DNA from: Planctomycetota bacterium
GTDB lineage: Bacteria > Planctomycetota > UBA1135 > UBA2386
Direction: 5' to 3'
NCBI GenBank assembly: GCA_046290465.1
Contig: JBKAGP010000001.1
Coordinates: 4,960,001 to 5,024,000 of the forward strand
DNA: 64,000 nt
Positions 57,335-64,000 of the stretch are shown here, piece by piece (the first letter of the stretch is position 1; each line of letters opens with the position of its first letter). The translations under genes were made by a program, and so were the position numbers. The notes under the pieces are model-generated. The model had not been told where the DNA came from and ran no database searches. It saw nothing but the letters and a program-made list of their open reading frames with translations.

Positions 57335-58681
57335 TCAGTCGGCGACGGCGAGGTGCATCGAGAGCGCGCCGCGCAGCAGCTCGGCATCGACCGGCTTGTG
57401 CAGCACGCCGTTGCAGCCGGCCGCGAGGCACTGCTCCTGACGTGCGGTCGATCGATCGCTGGTCAGGCCGAGGACCGGCGTGTCGGCGGTGCGTTCGCGC
57501 ACTTCGCGCATCGTCTGCGGGCCGCGCTGCGCGTCCGCGTCCATGTCGAGCAGCACCAGGTCGAACGTGCGTTCGTCCAGCAGGTGCAGGGCCAGTTCGG
57601 CGGTGGCGGCGACGGTGGTCTCGGCGCCGATGTCGTGCAGCAGCGTCGAGAACAGCTGCTGGTGGTCCTGCTGGTCGGTCATCAGCAACACGTCACCCTG
57701 CACACGATGCTCGCGCAGCGACGCGTCGGCGTCCGGCTGCAGCTCGGCCTCCATCAGCTCGACCTCCCAGTCGGGCGCGGCCTCGTTGGGCAGCGCGACG
57801 TGGAACTCGGTGCCGCCGTCGGGGCGCGTGGTCAGCTGCAGCGTGCCGCCCATCACCTTCGCCAGGCCGCTGGCGAGCGCGACGCCGAGGCCGTCCGGAT
57901 CCTCGAAGCCGGCGTGCACGTTGAGCAGCGCCAGATGCAGCCGGTCGTCGTCGGCGGACGCGCTGATGTCGACCGGTCCGATCGTGCACCGGTTGGTCGC
58001 GATCTGCAGCACGCGCGAGATCAGCTGGCGCACCCGCGACGGGTCGCCGACCACCCAGCGCGGCAGCGACGGCGACGGGTCGAAGCGCAGCTGCACCTCG
58101 CGTTCGCGGGCCAGCGGCATCATCTCGTCGATGCAGTTGGCCAGCACCTGGCGCAGGTCGTAGGTGTCGTGGGCCAGTTCGAGCTCGTCGTGCAGCAGGT
58201 CCTGGAGGTCCTCGATGTCGGCCATCGACGAGGCCAGCTGGCGGCCGTACGCGCGCAGTTGCTGCAGCCCGGCCGTCTGGTGTTCGCGGCTCTCGGCTGC
58301 GTCGATCGCCGCCAGCATGCTGGTCAGCGGGTTGCGCAGGTCCCGCATCGCCGCGGTCGGCGGCAGGGCGGTGGCCGCAGTGAGCGGTGCGACGACGGGG
58401 GCGGGGGCGCGCCCGGCAGCCGCCGGGGAGGCCTGGGTGGACCGCGCGCCGGCCTCGGCGCAGAGCCTCGCCAGTCCGATCGCGCACAGCAGGGCCGCCA
58501 GCGGCAGGGCCGTTCCCGATGGCATCGCGGCTTCGGCGAACAGCGCCGCGGCGGCGAGGATCAGCGACCGTCCGGCGAGGCGCAGCCGGCGCGGTTCGCA
58601 CCGGGTCAGTCCGACGCCGAGCATGGTCCACGCGAACGCGGCGCAGGCGGTCAGGATCGGTGCGAAGTCGACGTCGGCCAT
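57335..58681 (-). CDS. Degenerate hybrid histidine kinase (pseudokinase) with receiver domain
   Basis: 3 TM; H-box MRDLRNPL lacks His; GDPSRVRQ; eroded N/G boxes; receiver VLLDMD..LTS..KP. Confidence 0.75.
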   Translation of the reverse strand: MADVDFAPILTACAAFAWTMLGVGLTRCEPRRLRLAGRSLILAAAALFAEAAMPSGTALPLAALLCAIGLARLCAEAGARSTQASPAAAGRAPAPVVAPLTAATALPPTAAMRDLRNPLTSMLAAIDAAESREHQTAGLQQLRAYGRQLASSMADIEDLQDLLHDELELAHDTYDLRQVLANCIDEMMPLAREREVQLRFDPSPSLPRWVVGDPSRVRQLISRVLQIATNRCTIGPVDISASADDDRLHLALLNVHAGFEDPDGLGVALASGLAKVMGGTLQLTTRPDGGTEFHVALPNEAAPDWEVELMEAELQPDADASLREHRVQGDVLLMTDQQDHQQLFSTLLHDIGAETTVAATAELALHLLDERTFDLVLLDMDADAQRGPQTMREVRERTADTPVLGLTSDRSTARQEQCLAAGCNGVLHKPVDAELLRGALSMHLAVAD

Positions 58682-58730
58682 CGACGTCGTTATCGGCGGA
58701 TTCGCCCTGGTGCTGAATGCGGGCTGCCCC

Positions 58731-59369
58731 TCAGGTGCTGCCCGCGTCGGGCGCCAGCAGGCGGACGGCCTCGCGGTAGTCGTCGGGGTGATTCAGGTTG
58801 CGCAGGAACCGCAGCTCGGGGTCGATCTCGCGCAGTTCCTCGGCCTCGACGACGCGGCTGCTGGTCGCGTCGGCGAGTTCGCGCGGCCGCCGTGAGCCGG
58901 CAGCCAGCAGGCGGTCGGCGTGGGGCAGCACCGCGACCCGGTAGATCGCCGTCAGCGGCTGCAGCTTGTCGTTGGCGCGCGGCATCAGCACGTGCTCGTC
59001 GGCGAGCCGTTGGCACAGCGCCCGGACCGTCGCCGCCGTCAGGAACGGTTGGTCGCAGCCGACCGTGATCGCGGCGTCGCCGTCGGCGAAGCCGTGCGCG
59101 TCGCGCAGCCGACGCAGGCCGGCCGCGATCGCCGCCAGCGGGCCCTCGCCCGGCATCTCGTCGAGGGCGACGTCGACGCCTGCGGGCATCGGCGGCAGGG
59201 CCTGGTCCGTGGCGCGGCCGATCACGACCACCGGCGAGGTGCAGGCGAGCAGGGTGCGGCACTGCCAGCCGAGCATCGTGGTGTCGCCGATCGGCAGCGA
59301 CTCTTTGGGCCGACCCATGCGTCGGCTTCGTCCACCTGCCAGAATGAGCGCGCCGAGCCGCATGCCCAT
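58731..59369 (-). CDS. mobA: Molybdenum cofactor guanylyltransferase
   Basis: LAGGRSRRMGRPK, GPLAAI, CDQPF, QPL.AIY, NLNHPDD. Confidence 0.88.
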   Translation of the reverse strand: MGMRLGALILAGGRSRRMGRPKESLPIGDTTMLGWQCRTLLACTSPVVVIGRATDQALPPMPAGVDVALDEMPGEGPLAAIAAGLRRLRDAHGFADGDAAITVGCDQPFLTAATVRALCQRLADEHVLMPRANDKLQPLTAIYRVAVLPHADRLLAAGSRRPRELADATSSRVVEAEELREIDPELRFLRNLNHPDDYREAVRLLAPDAGST

Positions 59370-59414
59370 CTTGTCCGGGATCCCCCGGTCGTTCGCAAGC
59401 GGCGACAGACACCG

Positions 59415-59741
59415 ATGGACCAACCCCAACCGAAGAAGGCCGACCTCGTGTCGCCGTTCCAGTTCCGCATCGAGTGGAAGGGCGGTGGCGCCTCCGACTA
59501 CAAGGCGCGCGACCTGCGCCTTGCGTGTCCGTGCGCGAGCTGCGTCGACGAACACACCGGCGCGCCGCTGCTCGATCCCAAGACCGTCGCCGCCGACGTC
59601 GCGCTGGTCGACGCCGAACTGGTCGGCCGCTACGGGCTGGCGTTCACCTGGAGCGACGGCCATCGCACCGGCATCTTCGCGTGGCCGATGCTGAAGCAGC
59701 TCGGGGAGCTTCACACCGGCGACGACGGGGGCGGCCGTTGA
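59415..59741 (+). CDS. DUF971 / GBBH-like N-terminal domain protein
   Basis: LRLACPCASC, VGRYGL...WSDGHRTGIF.W. Confidence 0.9.
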   Translation: MDQPQPKKADLVSPFQFRIEWKGGGASDYKARDLRLACPCASCVDEHTGAPLLDPKTVAADVALVDAELVGRYGLAFTWSDGHRTGIFAWPMLKQLGELHTGDDGGGR

Positions 59742-60454
59742 GCTCGCCGCAGGACTGGCACGAGGTCGAGAAGCGGACCCGGCGGGTGTTCGAGGCGGTC
59801 GACTGGGCGGCGCTCGGGGCGATCTACTTCCACGAGGACGGCGAACGGCACTGGGCCGAGCGGCGCAAGCTGGTCGTCGAGCTCGGCAGCCAGCTGGCGC
59901 GCCGTCTGGCGCGGCAGGTCGAACGCGGCGGGACCTCGCTGTGGGTCGGGGCGGGCGTCGCGGAGCTGCCGGTGTTGCTCGGCGAGGTGCAGGTGCTCGG
60001 CCGCAGCGTGGTCGCGTCGAACCTGATCGCCGAGGAGTGCGACGTGCTCAACGCGGCGCTCGCGGCGGCGGCGCCGGACCTCGAGCTGCGCTACGAGGCC
60101 GGCGACGCACAGCAGCTCGCCGGCGACCGGACGTTCGACCACGTTGGCTGCATCAGCGTGTTCACCGACCCGGAACGCTGGCCGGCATTGAGCGGCGTCA
60201 GCTACGGTCGGTTGGCGCCGGTGCAGCTCGACGTCGAGCAGTTCGTCGCCGAGCGCGAGCAGGCGCGCGCGCTCGCCGCGGCGGTGTTCGCGCGGCTGCG
60301 GCGGCCGGGGTGCATCACGACGTCCGCGGAGGAGGTGTCGTGGTTCCTCGAGCTGTGCGAGGCGCAGGGCCTCGAGGTCGAGGCGGCCGACGACCTGATC
60401 GAGACGGCGGTCGTCGGCGATCCGGTCGGCTTCCTGAGCGTGCGCGCCCCATAG
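59738..60454 (+). CDS. Hypothetical protein, SAM-methyltransferase-like fold
   Basis: TTG start overlapping the DUF971 stop; LWVGAGVAE motif-I-like, GDA, FDH. Confidence 0.6.
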   Translation: MSSPQDWHEVEKRTRRVFEAVDWAALGAIYFHEDGERHWAERRKLVVELGSQLARRLARQVERGGTSLWVGAGVAELPVLLGEVQVLGRSVVASNLIAEECDVLNAALAAAAPDLELRYEAGDAQQLAGDRTFDHVGCISVFTDPERWPALSGVSYGRLAPVQLDVEQFVAEREQARALAAAVFARLRRPGCITTSAEEVSWFLELCEAQGLEVEAADDLIETAVVGDPVGFLSVRAP

Positions 60455-60459
60455 GGGAC

Positions 60460-60505
60460 GCGACGTAGAGGGCGCAACGCAGGGGTCGCAACGCAGGGGG
60501 GGGGG
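60460..60505. repeat. 3 x 14-bp degenerate tandem repeat (gcaacgcagggg core) ending in a G10 run
   Basis: gcgacgtagagggc / gcaacgcaggggtc / gcaacgcagggggg. Confidence 0.7.
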
Positions 60506-60534
60506 CGCAGCCCGGCTGCAGAACGGAACGGCTG

Positions 60535-61428
60535 CTACTTGCCGCCGTCGGTCTTGCCTGCGTCGCTCTTGGCCGCGTCGCCCGCTGCCTTCTTCGGAGC
60601 CGGCTTCTTGGCCGGGGCCGGCTTCATGGTGATGCCCACCTCCATCTTGACGGAGCCCATCTGGCCGCCCATCTCCAGCTTGATCTGCAGCGTACTGTTG
60701 CTCGGCAGGCCGGTGGTGCGATCGATGGTGACCTTGCCGCTGGCCTTGGCGCTCTTGACCTCCATGCCGCCGGGCCCCTCCATCTCGTCGAGGTTCATCT
60801 TGAGCTGCTGCTCGAGCACGACGTTCTTGTCGTTGACCGAGACCAGCTTGTAGGTGATCTCGGTGTCGGTGTCGCCCATCTGGCCGAGCGGCAGCGCCTG
60901 CTTGACGGTCCAGGTCTCGCCGACGGCGATCGGCTGCTCGGGCATGCTGGTGACGATCTGCGACATCATCTCCTCGAGATTGACGCCGCCCGCGTCCTTC
61001 ATGTCGTCCGGGATCTTGACGTTGCTGGTCTTGCCGCGGTCGTCGAGCGTCATCGACGTCTTCTGGCCGACCAGGTCGGCGAGACCGCCGAGCATTCCCG
61101 GATCCGAGTCCTTGTCGTCGCTGTCGAACTCGACCTGCATCGGGCCGTCGGCGGCGGCCTTGACGCGCGTGATCTTCTGCTCGATGTCCGCCTTGTTGCC
61201 CTTGACGCTCTTGATCGTGAACGTCTGGAACATGTCCATCGTCATCTTCGTGGTCATCTTCTGACCGGCGACGTCCATGTTCATGGTCATGTCCTGGGTC
61301 ATGACCTGCTGGGCGACGGTGCCCTCCTTGAAGTTGAAGCGGAGCAGGTGCTTCGGCTTCTCTTGATCCTGGGCGAACGCCGGTGCGGCGAGGACGAGGG
61401 CGAGGGGAAGGATGCGTGCGGTGAACAT
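60535..61428 (-). CDS. Secreted hypothetical protein (DUF6263-like)
   Basis: AGGAG RBS; signal ending AFAQ; FDSD, PEQPIAVGETW motifs; Lys/Ala tail. Confidence 0.7.
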   Translation of the reverse strand: MFTARILPLALVLAAPAFAQDQEKPKHLLRFNFKEGTVAQQVMTQDMTMNMDVAGQKMTTKMTMDMFQTFTIKSVKGNKADIEQKITRVKAAADGPMQVEFDSDDKDSDPGMLGGLADLVGQKTSMTLDDRGKTSNVKIPDDMKDAGGVNLEEMMSQIVTSMPEQPIAVGETWTVKQALPLGQMGDTDTEITYKLVSVNDKNVVLEQQLKMNLDEMEGPGGMEVKSAKASGKVTIDRTTGLPSNSTLQIKLEMGGQMGSVKMEVGITMKPAPAKKPAPKKAAGDAAKSDAGKTDGGK

Positions 61429-61527
61429 GTAGGTCTCCTGAAGGGCTCCGGTGTGGAGCGGGTGGGATCATTCGTGCAAAGCTGCGCGAAGACCAGGGGC
61501 AAACGCCACGGACCGGGCGGTTTGCCG

Positions 61528-61600
61528 GACCGGCCCCCTCAGTGGCCGGTCACGTTCCGGGTCGGTCGCCCGGAACGCGGCGGATCCGCGGATCCGCCGC
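61528..61600. other. Three abutting inverted repeats (structured intergenic RNA or terminator)
   Basis: gaccggcc-N8-ggccggtc; cgttccggg-N7-cccggaacg; 24-bp perfect palindrome gcggcggatccgcggatccgccgc. Confidence 0.65.
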
Positions 61601-61623
61601 CTGCGATCCGCCCTGACGAATCG

Positions 61624-63531
61624 TCAGGGCTGGATCGTCAGTAGCACCGGGTTGGACGCTGCCGTGAACAGCTCGGTCGCGCCCAGCAGCACGGTCGCGA
61701 AGTGGGTGGTGCCGGTCGGGATCGCCGCCGACGGCGGCAGCGTGAACGTCGCCTGGGCGCGGCCCTCGCCGTCGAGCACGCCGAGGAACTGTCCGAACAC
61801 CGGGCCGTTGAGCCCGGCCAGCGTCAGGTTGGTCAGCGGGTCGAGGTTGAGCGGCAGCTGCACGGTCGGCGACAGCGCGGTGCCCGGCGCGGTGCCGGAG
61901 CCACCCCACGCGATCAGGTAGAGCGTCGCCGCCGGGTCCGCGCACGGCGCCAGCACCGTCGGGTGCAGCGTGCCGCCTGAGCTCAGCGACAGCGACGCGG
62001 CGAACGGTTGCGTCAACGGATCCTGGAACTCGAGCCCGGTCGTGCACGGGATCTGCTGCACGAACACGACCCGGTTGGTCTCGTTGTCGGCCTCGTTGCT
62101 CTCGCCGACGACGTCTGTGCGGTCGATCACCGCGTGCACCCACGACGCGTAGAGCGGCAGGCTGTACGGCAGCTTGGTCGAGAACGGCATCGACGTCTGC
62201 TGGTTGGCCGGCAGGCCGGCGAAGTCGACGTGGCCGAGGTAGGTGTCCTGCGGCGTGTAGCCAGCGGCGTTCTGGCTCAGGAAGAACTCGACGCGGAACG
62301 GACCGGCGGCGGCCGGGCCGTCGTTGGCGACGGACGGCGTGTAGGTCACCGGGTCGCCGGGCTGCAGCAGCGTCGCGCTCGCGTTCATGCTCGCGAACCG
62401 CAGCTGCGCCAGCGACGGGTCGCTGATCTGCACGTTCCAGTCGACCTGCTCGAGCATCACGTTCTGCGGGTCGCTGCGCACGCGGTCGCTCTGGTCGAGC
62501 ACCGTCGCCGAGACGGTGTGCGCGCCGAGCGAGAGCTGCGACGAGTCGAGCGTGAAGCTGGTCGCGTTGGCGCCCGGCTGCACGACGCCATCGACCAGCC
62601 ACTCGACGATCGGGTTGTTGCCCGCCGGCACGAAGTGCGTGATCGAGAACGTCTGCTGCGCCGGCACGATCACCTGCTGGGTCACGCCGTTGTCGGGCGT
62701 CGTCGACGTGACCACGTCGACGATCGAGTTGGTCACCAGGGTGATGTTCTCCTGGCAGACGCGGCACAGCACCTGGCCGAGCGAGCGCATCAGGCAGTTG
62801 TTGCGCGGGCGGTAGAGGCCGTACTGGTGGTAGCCGGCGCCCTGGAACGAGCTGATGCCCTGGGTGCCGTGCCAGATCTGCCACTTCATGCCAGCCGGGT
62901 CGGCGGTGATGTTGGGCTGGCTCGGCTCGCTGCCGGTGTAGGTCTGGCCGGCGTACTCGTACTCGTCGGCGAGCTGGCCGAGGCTGTGGCCGAGTTCGTG
63001 CGCCTGCACTTCGCTCATCTGGCTGCCGGTGTAGCTGACCGCGAACGTCGACGCGCAGCCGCCGTAGCGGGTGTCGTTGACCATCACCAGCACGCGGCCT
63101 TCGGTCGCCGGCGCCAGCGCGGCGTCGGCGAGCGCCTGCGAGGTGTTCTGGATGTAGAGGCAGCGGTCGACGCCGCCGTAGTTGTAGGTCGCGTCGTAGA
63201 CGGTGTTGACGTAGACGGGCGGCTGCTCGTCCGGTCGGTCGGCGCCGCTGTCCTGGCTGGCGCGGAACACCGTGTGCACGTTGTAGTAGGCCGCGAACGT
63301 CTGGTAGGGCTCCTTCTGGAACAGCGAGGTCAGGAATGCCTGGCAATCGTTGTTGAACTTGGTCTGCTCGTTGAGCTGGTAGCCGTCACCGAGGATCACG
63401 ATGTCGTAGCGGGTGTCGGTCGTGCCGTTGCTGATCACGGTGGTGACCGTCTGCGCGTGCAGCGACGCGGCCAGCATCGCCGCCGGCAGCAGCGCCTTGC
63501 CGAGCGGGCCTGCGCGGAGGAAGTTGCTCAT
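61624..63531 (-). CDS. Secreted M64-family (IgA-peptidase-like) metallopeptidase with CARDB-like and C-terminal beta domains
   Basis: DIVILGDGY, YGG, HELGHSLGQLADEY, YRP..NCLMR, C..C; VVGESNEADN. Confidence 0.88.
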   Translation of the reverse strand: MSNFLRAGPLGKALLPAAMLAASLHAQTVTTVISNGTTDTRYDIVILGDGYQLNEQTKFNNDCQAFLTSLFQKEPYQTFAAYYNVHTVFRASQDSGADRPDEQPPVYVNTVYDATYNYGGVDRCLYIQNTSQALADAALAPATEGRVLVMVNDTRYGGCASTFAVSYTGSQMSEVQAHELGHSLGQLADEYEYAGQTYTGSEPSQPNITADPAGMKWQIWHGTQGISSFQGAGYHQYGLYRPRNNCLMRSLGQVLCRVCQENITLVTNSIVDVVTSTTPDNGVTQQVIVPAQQTFSITHFVPAGNNPIVEWLVDGVVQPGANATSFTLDSSQLSLGAHTVSATVLDQSDRVRSDPQNVMLEQVDWNVQISDPSLAQLRFASMNASATLLQPGDPVTYTPSVANDGPAAAGPFRVEFFLSQNAAGYTPQDTYLGHVDFAGLPANQQTSMPFSTKLPYSLPLYASWVHAVIDRTDVVGESNEADNETNRVVFVQQIPCTTGLEFQDPLTQPFAASLSLSSGGTLHPTVLAPCADPAATLYLIAWGGSGTAPGTALSPTVQLPLNLDPLTNLTLAGLNGPVFGQFLGVLDGEGRAQATFTLPPSAAIPTGTTHFATVLLGATELFTAASNPVLLTIQP

Positions 63532-63998
63532 CGGCCACCTCCTGCGAGTTCGCGCACCTTACTGCCGGCGACCACGCCGAGCGGGACCTCGACGCCGCGC
63601 GGGTCGATGCGCGTGAAGCGGTAGCGGTCGGCCTCGGCGTAGCACGGCACGTTGACCAGCATGCCGATGCGCGAGTCGACGACGATGCAGCCACGCACGG
63701 TCGCCGGCTTGCCGACCGACGCGGGGTCGGTCGCGAACGGCCGCACGTCGAGCGGCACGTCGGCGAGTTCGACGCCGCGGGCATCGACGACCGACAGGCG
63801 CCAGTTGCTGTCGAAGCCCTTCGGCACGCCAGCCCAGGGGGCCTGCTTGCGGCTGGCGAAGGTCACGCCGAGGCCGTTGCGGTCGCCCTCGACGACCAGC
63901 ACGTAGTGGCCGTTGGCGACGGCGGGAGCGATCGGTGCGATCGGGTCGGCGGGCTTGGTCGCGGGGGCGGCGGCGGCGCGGTCGAGGGGCGATTGCGG
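63528..63998 (-). CDS. Hypothetical protein translationally coupled to the M64 peptidase (5' end outside window)
   Basis: Frame is open to the window edge; its stop overlaps the peptidase ATG (ATGA). Confidence 0.65.
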   Translation of the reverse strand, partial: PQSPLDRAAAAPATKPADPIAPIAPAVANGHYVLVVEGDRNGLGVTFASRKQAPWAGVPKGFDSNWRLSVVDARGVELADVPLDVRPFATDPASVGKPATVRGCIVVDSRIGMLVNVPCYAEADRYRFTRIDPRGVEVPLGVVAGSKVRELAGGGR

Positions 63999-64000
63999 TG

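Overview
High-GC bacterial chromosomal window. Many ECF sigma/anti-sigma pairs, long secreted proteins with a recurring C-terminal motif and a PWDYCC lipoprotein suggest a Planctomycetota-like diderm (inference only). There are about 63 tightly packed CDSs; I saw no rRNA, tRNA, CRISPR array, transposase or integrase. Housekeeping and metabolic genes include an MDR oxidoreductase, enoyl-CoA hydratase plus 3-hydroxyacyl-CoA dehydrogenase, an M14 peptidase, selO, a family-6 UDG, a nitroreductase, htpG, ppgK, mobA, MscS and an M64 peptidase. Four accessory blocks stand out. (1) 42083-52274 is an apparent envelope-spanning electron conduit: a coiled-coil lipoprotein; a membrane-anchored 2x[4Fe-4S] / circularly permuted TrxB-like FAD-NAD(P)H / Hx13H di-heme-b fusion; a 23-heme cytochrome c; an outer-membrane beta-barrel; and 7-heme and 11-heme lipoprotein cytochromes (41 CxxCH in total). 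(2) 12122-18932 is a TolC/MFP/ABC efflux operon led by a Cys-rich RGPP arrest-type leader and closed by a Cys-rich lipoprotein. (3) 1026-5712 holds three ECF modules: an LRR receptor-like anti-sigma, a metallothionein-like peptide with a Cys-rich anti-sigma, and a 4-TM protein carrying an anti-sigma-like domain at its C-terminus. (4) 38474-41110 is an H-NOX / hybrid kinase / receiver NO-sensing module about 1 kb from the cytochrome cluster. Start codons were chosen by eye and family calls rest on motif recognition, not database searches.
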